DNA from: a virus
Virus record (IMG/VR): IMGVR_UViG_3300015263_000627
Reading direction: 5' to 3' (one strand)
DNA: 64,000 nt
In this document: positions 16,948-24,118 of the stretch, piece by piece
How positions within the stretch are numbered: the first letter of the stretch is position 1
How the letters are laid out: the number at the start of each line of letters is the position of its first letter
Translations under genes and position numbers: made by a program
The notes under the pieces: generated by a model
Told to the model about the DNA's origin: nothing
The model's database searches: none
What the model saw: the letters and a program-made list of their open reading frames with translations, nothing else

Positions 16948-17035
16948 GCGCCATGGTGTAAGACACGGGAGAGACTTATAAACTCTTTAGCATCAGATGG
17001 GTGTTCTTGACTTGGGGCAGTACCAAGATGGCGCA
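16948..17035 (+). tRNA. tRNA-Ile(UAU) with long variable arm, T-loop GGCAGTA, no encoded CCA
   Basis: GCGCCAT/ATGGCGC; AGAG-A-CTTATAA-A-CTCT. Confidence 0.7.
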
Positions 17036-17097
17036 CATAGACTCCAAATTATGATAAATAGATGTAATAATCTGTCCTCTAACTTGGAGTATAAATA

Positions 17098-17688
17098 ATG
17101 TATTACACCATTTACAAAATAACCAATAAAACCAACAACAAATATTATATAGGCAAACATCAAACCAATAACATTGATGATGGTTATATGGGTTCCGGTA
17201 AATTATTACGCCGCGCTATCAATAAACATGGAATAAACAATTTTGTTAAGGAAATTCTCCATATATTTGATAATGAACAGGATATGAATAATAAGGAAAA
17301 AGAACTTGTTGTTATTGGAGAACAATCATACAACTTATGTGATGGTGGTAAAGGTGGGTTTGGATATATAAACAAACTTCCAAATCAATCTTGGCGTATT
17401 AAAACTGGAAAAATTACTTCGCAAAAATTAAAAAATAAATCGGGGAATGATCATTGGAAAAATATATCCAGATTATCTCATGAAAAATATTCGAATTTAG
17501 GATTTCGTAGTTATTCAAAAAAACAACAAAATAAATGGAAATTATTAGGCAGTAAAAACGCACAAACACCAGAAGCTAAAGAAAAAAGAGCAAATACATG
17601 GAAAATAAAAATACAGAATGGTTGGAAACCCCACAATTGGAAGATGAAGAATGTGAAGTCTGTCGTTATACAGGTCAGAAACCCATAA
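17098..17688 (+). CDS. GIY-YIG homing endonuclease (SegB-like) in the tRNA array
   Basis: YTIYKITN...YYIGKH...YMGSG...YNLCDGGKGG. Late promoter-like GATAAATA at 17053-17060. Confidence 0.88.
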   Translation: MYYTIYKITNKTNNKYYIGKHQTNNIDDGYMGSGKLLRRAINKHGINNFVKEILHIFDNEQDMNNKEKELVVIGEQSYNLCDGGKGGFGYINKLPNQSWRIKTGKITSQKLKNKSGNDHWKNISRLSHEKYSNLGFRSYSKKQQNKWKLLGSKNAQTPEAKEKRANTWKIKIQNGWKPHNWKMKNVKSVVIQVRNP

Positions 17689-17763
17689 AACTGAAAAGAC
17701 AATGGGTCCATTACTTTCCCTTAAAGGGAAGGATTGTGGTATGTAGATCAAAAAGGTATAATC

Positions 17764-18129
17764 ATGAAAGCAATCTTTAGGTATGATGAATTTTCACACC
17801 CACCGCGAATGATGATCAACATTCATGGTGCGCCTCATGAAAGGCAGCATCGTGAAGTTCTTCAAAAGTATCGCGATGATTTGACTGATGCTTTCAAAAG
17901 ACAGTTGCCGAATGTTACAATTCCTATTGACCATCCGGTTGACTTGGAAGTGTTTTTCACTAATCCGGCAAGTCCTGATTTGAACCATGTATTGACGGCA
18001 TTGTTCGCCGCAATGGATGCAAAGTCATTGAAGGGTCCGTCTATTTTGACTGATGATCGCCATATTCAAAAGGTGGTTATGTCGAAATATTATATCGGTA
18101 AGCCAACAAAAAGGGATAGTGTCCGATGA
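17764..18129 (+). CDS. RusA-like fold protein with degenerate catalytic motif
   Basis: PDLNHVLTALFAAMD...LTDDRHI resembles RusA PDxDNxxK...DD, but with substitutions. Confidence 0.5.
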   Translation: MKAIFRYDEFSHPPRMMINIHGAPHERQHREVLQKYRDDLTDAFKRQLPNVTIPIDHPVDLEVFFTNPASPDLNHVLTALFAAMDAKSLKGPSILTDDRHIQKVVMSKYYIGKPTKRDSVR

Positions 18130-18392
18130 CGATTTGCCGAGTATGTACGGGTAGCGGTTCATTTTTTGCCGTTCAACCTCATAATATGACGAAGAAAAAG
18201 GTTTACAAGTGGTTTCCCTGTCCGTCCTGTAATGGACTTGGAACCATTGATGTGGATAGTCCTGCCAAGATTGTAATGCATCCTTTTCCCAAGGGCATTT
18301 CTAATAGGCTAAAAAGAAATCTACAAAAATTAAGGGAAGGTAGCGGGGAAGGTCCCCAAGCGGTCTTGAAAACCGCGCCACCGCAAGGTTGA
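18126..18392 (+). CDS. Small DnaJ-type zinc-finger protein; 3' end overlaps tRNA-Ser
   Basis: CRVCTGSG...CPSCNGLG. Confidence 0.55.
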   Translation: MTICRVCTGSGSFFAVQPHNMTKKKVYKWFPCPSCNGLGTIDVDSPAKIVMHPFPKGISNRLKRNLQKLREGSGEGPQAVLKTAPPQG

Positions 18393-18418
18393 TAGTTCAA
18401 TTCTATTGCCTTCCGCCA
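18335..18418 (+). tRNA. tRNA-Ser(UGA)
   Basis: Loop CTTGAAA; long variable arm; G73-CCA. Confidence 0.88.
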
Positions 18419-18422
18419 ATAT

Positions 18423-18509
18423 GGAAAATTAAATAGCCGGGGAGCTATCCACGCTTGGAAAGCGTGAGGCACTTAAATGTGTGTGGATCAAGACCACAGT
18501 TTTCCGCCA
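18423..18509 (+). tRNA. tRNA-Ser(GGA), T-loop ATCAAGA
   Basis: Loop TTGGAAA; long variable arm; G73-CCA. Confidence 0.85.
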
Positions 18510-18593
18510 ATAACATATCACGCATACCCCAGTCGGGTCGTGTCCGTCAAGGTATTCGCTCACAACGTCAAGGCGGTGATATGTTTCATTTAT

Positions 18594-18681
18594 GGAAAGA
18601 TAACCCATAAGGATATGGGGTGCGCCTCGAAAGCGTAACGATGATTCAGTCATTGGGGATCAAGACCTCATCTTTCCGCCA
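18594..18681 (+). tRNA. tRNA-Ser(CGA), T-loop ATCAAGA
   Basis: Loop CTCGAAA; long variable arm; G73-CCA. Confidence 0.82.
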
Positions 18682-18685
18682 TTAG

Positions 18686-18778
18686 TCTATTGGGATTTCG
18701 CGCAAAAAAACCTGATAGGTGCGACACCTGCCTTGCGAGTGGTGTGACTTTGGGGAGAGTCCTGAGCCAATAGGTCCA
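18686..18778 (+). ncRNA. Aberrant tRNA-like RNA with CCA (possible UGC loop)
   Basis: TCTATTGG/CCAATAGG T-CCA; enlarged D and anticodon arms. Confidence 0.4.
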
Positions 18779-18918
18779 GTTCGATATAGAACATACACAA
18801 TATGTTTCTAATTCTATGTTCTGGCGAAAGTGTTTTGCAAACAGCCTAAATAAAATATCAGCACAAACACGGATGTAATGGAGTGCTAGTCGAGAGTTAG
18901 TAGCTTGACAAAGTTTAT

Positions 18919-18995
18919 AGCAGGTAGGACAAGGTAGATAAGTCGCCACTCTCATAAAGTGGAGAAAGTCGGGGCAGAGCCGACACCTGCAACCA
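18919..18995 (+). tRNA. tRNA-Met(CAU), initiator-like 1:72 mismatch, T-loop GGCAGAG
   Basis: Loop CTCATAA; A1-A72 mismatch; CCA. Confidence 0.8.
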
Positions 18996-19082
18996 ATAAT
19001 CTGGTACTGATCATACGTCACCTAAAGACATAGGACCGATCAGCTAAGAGAAAGTATGCGATACTGCCGGATTTTTAATAAT

Positions 19083-19171
19083 GAGTAGGTATCAAGCTCG
19101 ACGGCAAGGAGCAAGCGGTCTGTAAAACCGATCCCATATGGGCGGGGGTTCGACTCCTCACCTACTCACCA
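19083..19171 (+). tRNA. tRNA-Tyr(GUA)
   Basis: Loop CTGTAAA; long variable arm; CCA. Confidence 0.88.
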
Positions 19172-19175
19172 TTAC

Positions 19176-19249
19176 GCGGGCGAAGGATTACGGCAGTCTT
19201 AGGCGTTGCCAACGCTTCGGCGTGGGTTCGACTCCCACCGTCCGCACCA
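19176..19249 (+). tRNA. tRNA-Gly(GCC)
   Basis: Loop TTGCCAA; CCA. Confidence 0.85.
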
Positions 19250-19254
19250 ATAAA

Positions 19255-19330
19255 GCCTTTTGAGCAAGTATGGTTATTGCACCTGTCTGAAGAACAGTGG
19301 AACTCCGTTCGATTCGGGGAAAAGGCACCA
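19255..19330 (+). tRNA. tRNA-Phe(GAA)
   Basis: Loop CTGAAGA; CCA. Confidence 0.85.
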
Positions 19331-19405
19331 TTAGATAGGATACCGGTATCCTCCATGTAGATATGGTGGCAGTTAAGGCTGTCGAGTAAAGCCGGGGCTA
19401 TAATT

Positions 19406-19483
19406 GGGGTGCGGGATTGCATAGGGTGATCGCCTGCCTTGCAAGCAGGAATCAGCGGGGGGCAGTACCCCGGCACTCCACCA
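19406..19483 (+). tRNA. tRNA-Ala(UGC), G3-U70, T-loop GGCAGTA
   Basis: Loop CTTGCAA; A73-CCA. Confidence 0.88.
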
Positions 19484-19490
19484 ATTTTAT

Positions 19491-19565
19491 TCTATCGTAC
19501 TCAACTGGTAAGAGAAGTGGCTGTTAACCACCGATATGTAGGTTCGAATCCTACCGATAGAGCCA
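19491..19565 (+). tRNA. tRNA-Asn(GUU)
   Basis: Loop CTGTTAA; G73-CCA. Confidence 0.9.
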
Positions 19566-19569
19566 ATAT

Positions 19570-19644
19570 GCTGCTTTCGTCTAACGATCAGGACACCGCC
19601 CTCTCAAGGCGGAAACGTGGGGTGAGTACCCGCAAGCAGCGCCA
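19570..19644 (+). tRNA. tRNA-Glu(CUC), T-loop GTGAGTA
   Basis: Loop CTCTCAA; CCA. Confidence 0.87.
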
Positions 19645-19647
19645 ATT

Positions 19648-19975
19648 TCGGAAGCGTAGATGATCGCGCTACGGTGAGGAAAGTCGGGTCTGCTAATACA
19701 ACCGTAATGGGTAACGCCCATCCACAGTAATGTGAGGATTAGAGCTACAGGGACGATCCTATTAAGTTAGGGATGAAACGAGCAATCTCTACGGGCAGCA
19801 ATCTCAAGTTCTCCGAAGGGTATGTATTCCCATCACTTAAATGTGTGTTAGGTAATGGTAGAGAGCAAAGACCTAAATGGAAACGTTTGGGCAAGTCAAA
19901 TGATCGTCATATATTGATTATAATACGACCATTTCTATAATCAATATGAACAGAAACCCGCTTATTCGCTTCCGA
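19648..19975 (+). ncRNA. rnpB: RNase P RNA (phage-encoded, compact, lacking P13/P14)
   Basis: P1 TCGGAAGCG/CGCTTCCGA. CR-I GAGGAAAGTC and CR-V AACAGAAACCCGCTTA form P4 with a bulged U. P9 TGGGTAACGCCCA, GATGAAACG, GCAGCAA, L15 GGT, GNRA-capped P18 and P19 are present. Confidence 0.9.
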
Positions 19976-20068
19976 GAAATACTTACCGGGATAAATACCA
20001 TGTATATCCCGGCATGGCTCGTCCGGGATTTTTTATTTTAGAGCCATAATAATAAAGAGGTAAAATAC

Positions 20069-20371
20069 ATGGTTCTTCCTATTGTAGTAGCTGCTGTTGT
20101 TGCTGGTTCGCTAGTAACAAGTGGAATTGTTGTTCATGAAAGGAATCCTGTTGTTGGAAATGTTCTAATTGGAGCCGGGGTTGGAACTATTATCGGCGGT
20201 GGTCTTGGAACTGCTGCTGGTGCTGGTTTCAGTGTCGCTACTGGAGCAACAACCGGAGGAGTTATTGGAGGTATTGGCGGCGTTGTCGTTGGTCCTCATG
20301 TTTCTTATGCAAAGACAAGATATGTGGTATCACATTATCCTGATCCGGCGAAAAATATAAGTGGTTACTAA
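20069..20371 (+). CDS. Glycine-zipper membrane protein
   Basis: GAGG RBS; hydrophobic GxxxG repeats. Confidence 0.65.
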   Translation: MVLPIVVAAVVAGSLVTSGIVVHERNPVVGNVLIGAGVGTIIGGGLGTAAGAGFSVATGATTGGVIGGIGGVVVGPHVSYAKTRYVVSHYPDPAKNISGY

Positions 20372-20431
20372 TTTTATCACGTAAAAATTTACTAATACCG
20401 GTTGGGGGGACCACAATCCCCCCAATCATTT

Positions 20432-20507
20432 GGTTCCATAGTTTAACTGGATAAATCACAACCCTGCGAAGGTTGAGTTCCGTGTTCGAGTCACGGTGGA
20501 ACCTCCA
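20432..20507 (+). tRNA. tRNA-Arg(GCG)
   Basis: CAACC-CTGCGAA-GGTTG; CCA. Confidence 0.83.
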
Positions 20508-20511
20508 TTTC

Positions 20512-20593
20512 GCGCATATATCCCCTCACGCTTCGAACGTGAACAAAGGTAACTGGAAGGAAGATACGGGTTCGAATCCTGTTATGCGCTCCA
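20512..20593 (+). tRNA. D-armless tRNA-Arg-like RNA (UCG)
   Basis: GCGCATA/TATGCGC T-CCA; TCACG-CTTCGAA-CGTGA; normal T-arm; no D-arm; D-loop-like GTAACTGG 3' of the anticodon arm. Confidence 0.7.
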
Positions 20594-20926
20594 TTTAAAT
20601 CTGCCAGCATGGAATTTGCGATGGCAATTTGCACAAAAAACAATACACTTAGAAACTTCGTCTAATATACGTTCTTTAGTGCTACCATTAGCTAATAATC
20701 TTGATATGGTATTATCTTTTATTTTTGGGTTCATATGATGAAAATCTAAACAAGAAAAATCATCTTCACCACAACGAACACAATTATATTGAGGCATAAT
20801 TTCTTCTCGAAACCATTTCTTTTTAGCTTGTTTGTTTGTGAAGGAACGTTTATAAACTTTTTTTTTATTTCGTATGTAAGATTCATGAGCAGCTTGTTTC
20901 TGTTTTATAGGGTCTTTATAAGGCAT
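20582..20926 (-). CDS. HNH endonuclease (homing-type) antisense in the tRNA array
   Basis: CVRCG...LDFHH...KCIVFCANCHRKFH; AGGAG RBS; CTAAATA upstream. Confidence 0.85.
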   Translation of the reverse strand: MPYKDPIKQKQAAHESYIRNKKKVYKRSFTNKQAKKKWFREEIMPQYNCVRCGEDDFSCLDFHHMNPKIKDNTISRLLANGSTKERILDEVSKCIVFCANCHRKFHAGRFKWSA

Positions 20927-20997
20927 AGTATCTCCTATCAAATGATACTATCTATTTAGGGTTCAAATTTTCAAAATTTTTTGAACCATCAATTCAA

Positions 20998-21073
20998 CTG
21001 GGTGAATATCGTGCTAGAAGATTACTTGCCTTGGAAGCAAGTGGACGAGGGGCAGAGCCTCGCACCCAGACCA
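20998..21073 (+). tRNA. tRNA-Pro(UGG), T-loop GGCAGAG
   Basis: Loop CTTGGAA; C1-G72 and A73. Confidence 0.87.
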
Positions 21074-21167
21074 ATTCGTGTTATTAAATATGCCCGCTAG
21101 TTAGCGGCTCGTATCAGTCCATGGCTCTGATCGAAACGAGAAAACAACAATAACACGAATGCTATAA

Positions 21168-21242
21168 TGCCGTTTAGTTCAATGATAGAACGTCACGCTC
21201 TGAACGTGAATGTCGGTGGTTTGATTCCATCAACGGCAGCCA
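21168..21242 (+). tRNA. tRNA-Gln(CUG)
   Basis: Loop CTCTGAA; U1-A72 and G73. Confidence 0.88.
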
Positions 21243-21243
21243 A

Positions 21244-21378
21244 TTAGGCGTTGAGAATAGCTTTTCCGCCTAGATATGCCAATGCTCCAATACCAACAAT
21301 CGGCAATGTAGCAATATATACTAAGCCGATGAATGGAGCCGCAAAGAATAAAGCAATATTTTTAATTTTGGTACGCAT
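21244..21378 (-). CDS. Small membrane protein, antisense to the tRNAs
   Basis: MRTKIKNIALFFAAPFIGLVYIATLPIVGIGALAYL; GGAAG RBS. Confidence 0.5.
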   Translation of the reverse strand: MRTKIKNIALFFAAPFIGLVYIATLPIVGIGALAYLGGKAILNA

Positions 21379-21518
21379 AATTTTCTTCCTTTCTACTGGA
21401 CTCGTTGCATAATTTGTGCCAACGAATGTCCTCCAAAATATAGAAGGAATTGACTTACCAAACAACATATGGTATAATAGCGTATAACAAAATTATTCGA
21501 AGTATGAAAAAGATATAT

Positions 21519-21593
21519 GAACTAGTGCCGGAATTGGCTACGGGGCGGTCTGCAAAATCGTTTATAGGGGTTCGAACCCCCTCTAGTTCTCCA
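21519..21593 (+). tRNA. tRNA-Cys(GCA)
   Basis: Loop CTGCAAA; U73-CCA. Confidence 0.88.
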
Positions 21594-21598
21594 ATAGT

Positions 21599-21680
21599 AC
21601 CCATGTAACCGAGTCTGCCTTCTAAGCAGTTAATCGTAGTGGAGTTGAAAACGGGGGTTCAAATCCCTCCATGGGTTCCA
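21599..21680 (+). tRNA. D-armless tRNA-Arg-like RNA (UCU)
   Basis: ACCCATG/CATGGGT T-CCA; CTGC-CTTCTAA-GCAG; TAGTGG bulge 3' of the anticodon arm. Confidence 0.7.
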
Positions 21681-21752
21681 GTTAGAGGTTTTTTATGTAT
21701 CAAAATATCAATGAATATATGCAATATGGTTTTTATTCTGGAAGAACTATTT

Positions 21753-21828
21753 ACTCGCGTAGTTCAGTGGAAAGAACGACAATTTCCTAAATTGTTGGTC
21801 CCCGGTTCGATCCCGGGCGCGAGTTCCA
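21753..21828 (+). tRNA. tRNA-Arg(CCU)
   Basis: Loop TTCCTAA; CCA. Confidence 0.88.
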
Positions 21829-21832
21829 ATTC

Positions 21833-21917
21833 GCCTTAGTATCGGACCTGTTGTTCTAAACAGGCAAATAATAAACCGTAATGGACTATAGGGGTTCGAT
21901 TCCCCTCTAAGGCTCCA
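21833..21917 (+). tRNA. D-armless tRNA-Arg-like RNA (UCU-containing 8-nt loop)
   Basis: GCCTTAG/CTAAGGC T-CCA; CCTGT-TGTTCTAA-ACAGG; TAATGG bulge. Confidence 0.62.
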
Positions 21918-21932
21918 TTAGAAAGGTAAATC

Positions 21933-22547
21933 ATGGTTACGCTAATTGGTGACGTTCACGGCAAATATGGTGAATATAAACAAATTATAAAAAGGCATAA
22001 AAATTCTATTGCCTTGGGAGATATGGGACTTGGATTTTTCCGTTTTGATCATCATGAAGGGAAAATTCCAATGGCTAATCCTCCGTATGATTACATGGTG
22101 AAATATAATGCTCGATTTATTCGAGGCAACCATGATAATCCGGAAGTTTGTAAAAAACATACCCAATGGATACCGGATGGAACTATCGAAGGTGATATGT
22201 TCTTTCTTGGCGGGGCATTTTCAATAGATCATATGTATCGTCTTGAAGGGTATAGCTGGTGGAAAGATGAAGAATTGTCACATGAAGAATTTGACAAGAT
22301 CATCGATCCCTACCGGAAAGCTAAACCAAGAATTGTGATAACTCATGATTGTCCTTTGCGGATGGTTCCTTATGTTGGTTCACACCATATTAGGGACAAT
22401 TCGAGAACTCAACAATTCCTGCAATCATTGTTCGAGTTTCATCAACCCGAATATTGGTATTTTGGTCATCACCATAAGTCATGGAAGATGATTTCAGATA
22501 AAACAACATTCCGATGTTTAGCTGAACTTGAGACATTGGAAATCTAA
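21933..22547 (+). CDS. Calcineurin-like metallophosphoesterase
   Basis: GDVHG, LGDMG, RGNHD, ITHDCP and FGHHH motifs. Confidence 0.9.
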   Translation: MVTLIGDVHGKYGEYKQIIKRHKNSIALGDMGLGFFRFDHHEGKIPMANPPYDYMVKYNARFIRGNHDNPEVCKKHTQWIPDGTIEGDMFFLGGAFSIDHMYRLEGYSWWKDEELSHEEFDKIIDPYRKAKPRIVITHDCPLRMVPYVGSHHIRDNSRTQQFLQSLFEFHQPEYWYFGHHHKSWKMISDKTTFRCLAELETLEI

Positions 22548-22693
22548 CCGTTGTCGGGGCAACGTAAATAATCCCCCCTCAATTGAGGTTCTACCCGAAT
22601 ACGAAGTGCATAGCCACCGTCGCACCAACCAAGGATATCGGGAGACATTCGGTTCAAAGGCGTGAGAACCAGCAATTAGAAATAGAGATAAAA

Positions 22694-22780
22694 GGAATGA
22701 ACAAGCCGAGAGGATCGGCAACTGTTTGCTAAACAGATTGTTCCGAGAGGAATACGGTTCGAATCCGTGTCATTCCGCCA
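22694..22780 (+). tRNA. tRNA-Ser(GCU)
   Basis: Loop TTGCTAA; long variable arm; G73-CCA. Confidence 0.87.
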
Positions 22781-22785
22781 ATAAT

Positions 22786-22860
22786 GCGCGCGTGGGTCAT
22801 TGGTTGATCGTCAGCCTTCCAAGCTGTTCCAAGCGGGTTCGATTCCCGCCGCCCGCTCCA
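22786..22860 (+). tRNA. tRNA-Gly(UCC)
   Basis: Loop CTTCCAA; U73-CCA. Confidence 0.87.
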
Positions 22861-23059
22861 ATTCAGATAATGGGGATAACAATGTTCAAATGGATAAAGT
22901 CGTTCTTTGAACCAAAGAAAAAGGTGCCACATAATGGCATGAGAGCCTATGATAAAGGATTTGATATAAATGATAATCCTTTCTGGAAAAACACGGTTCA
23001 ATATGTAATTTGGCGCAAGGATTACATTTTTGCGTCACAATATCCAAAGGTGAAGAAAG

Positions 23060-23254
23060 ATGTTAACATACAGTCAACTAAACCAAGAGTGTGAACGATG
23101 GCGAAATCGCTATCTATCATCCGATGCTGGTAGTATAGTTGAAGTAAGCAAGGAACAAATTCGATTGATCTATCTTTCGCTTGCTGCTGCTAAGGCGCGG
23201 CATTACAATGATAAGGTTGATCCGGAATTTGTAGAGTTAGATAAGAGTTTATAG
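23060..23254 (+). CDS. Hypothetical protein
   Basis: 64-aa ORF between tRNAs. Confidence 0.5.
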   Translation: MLTYSQLNQECERWRNRYLSSDAGSIVEVSKEQIRLIYLSLAAAKARHYNDKVDPEFVELDKSL

Positions 23255-23326
23255 GGGATTCGTTCAATGGTAGGACGGCAGACTTTGAATCTGCCTACGT
23301 GGGTTCGATTCCTACATCCCCTTCCA
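23253..23326 (+). tRNA. tRNA-Gln(UUG)
   Basis: Loop CTTTGAA; CCA. Confidence 0.9.
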
Positions 23327-23330
23327 ATAT

Positions 23331-23404
23331 GGCGGTAGTTCGCTGGCGAACGGGCATTGCTCATAACGATGCACAGGTGGGATCGTCACCCACAACCGCT
23401 ACCA
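23331..23404 (+). tRNA. tRNA with CAU anticodon (Met or Ile2), T-loop ATCGTCA
   Basis: Loop CTCATAA; A73-CCA. Confidence 0.75.
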
Positions 23405-23408
23405 ATAA

Positions 23409-23485
23409 GCTGGCTATGCTCGATGGCAATGAGCGGCGTGTCTGTGAAACACGAATATTCGGTTCGAATCCGATAGCCAGTACCA
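23409..23485 (+). tRNA. tRNA-His(GUG), alphaproteobacterial type (no G-1, G1-U72, A73)
   Basis: GCTGGCT/AGCCAGT-A-CCA, preceded by A; loop CTGTGAA. Confidence 0.85.
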
Positions 23486-23891
23486 ATTAATGTAGCTTTA
23501 ACGCCATAGCTATCCGCTGCCGATGAACATGATCGTATCGGGCTACATTTGCACAAAACAAAGGGATATCCTTTGTTTCGATAATAGGAGTATCAATATG
23601 GAGCCTTTCTCATAGCTTGCCATCTTTCACTAGATGGTAAGCGGTTATAAGTAAAGATACCCATCTTTCCCGCTTACTAAGAGGGTAAGATGCGAGACTA
23701 CAATAACTATAAACCGTATCGGACAAAGGCTCAAAAAGCCGTTGCCCGCGCTACGGCAAAAAAGGTAAACGGAACTTGGGTGTCGAATGCCCCAAGGTCC
23801 TTTCACGCAAGAAAGGAAAAAACATGTTCCACAATGAGGCTTTCCAATGAAGTAATGAGCCAATCCCGGCTCTTATTCATAGGAGAGCAAA

Positions 23892-24098
23892 ATGCCCGTC
23901 AATCAGCCCATCAAACAGAAGGCTAAGAAGGGTAAAAAACAACGTAAAGTTGGTCGCAACGCCAAGTATTGTCAATTCTATGCGTTGACCCATCGTCGGG
24001 AGAAAAATAAAGTGATTCGTCTTAAAAAACACTTGAAATATTTTCCCACTGATCATTGTGCCATTAATGCCATGGATCGTTACAAGAGCATGGTATGA
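23892..24098 (+). CDS. Small basic hypothetical protein
   Basis: GGAG RBS; K/R-rich. Confidence 0.6.
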   Translation: MPVNQPIKQKAKKGKKQRKVGRNAKYCQFYALTHRREKNKVIRLKKHLKYFPTDHCAINAMDRYKSMV

Positions 24099-24118
24099 GA
24101 GCTATTTGATATAACAAC

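Noticed and set aside
17598-17780. ORF with CxxC overlapping the 3' end of the SegB-like gene
   Set aside because: It may be a real small gene overlapped by the endonuclease, but the start and function cannot be supported, so it is not listed as a feature.
19000-21160. Hammerhead ribozyme-like CUGAU...GAAA in the mini-RNAs at about 19000 and 21076
   Set aside because: The core lacks the CUGAUGA/GAAA/UH arrangement with three correctly placed stems.
13491-23490. Many 60-120 aa ORFs on both strands across the tRNA array (e.g. 14096-14368, 15081-15311, 16574-16855, 19439-19663)
   Set aside because: They overlap clear tRNA, GOLLD or RNase P structures, lack RBSs and have no protein motifs, so they are shadow ORFs.
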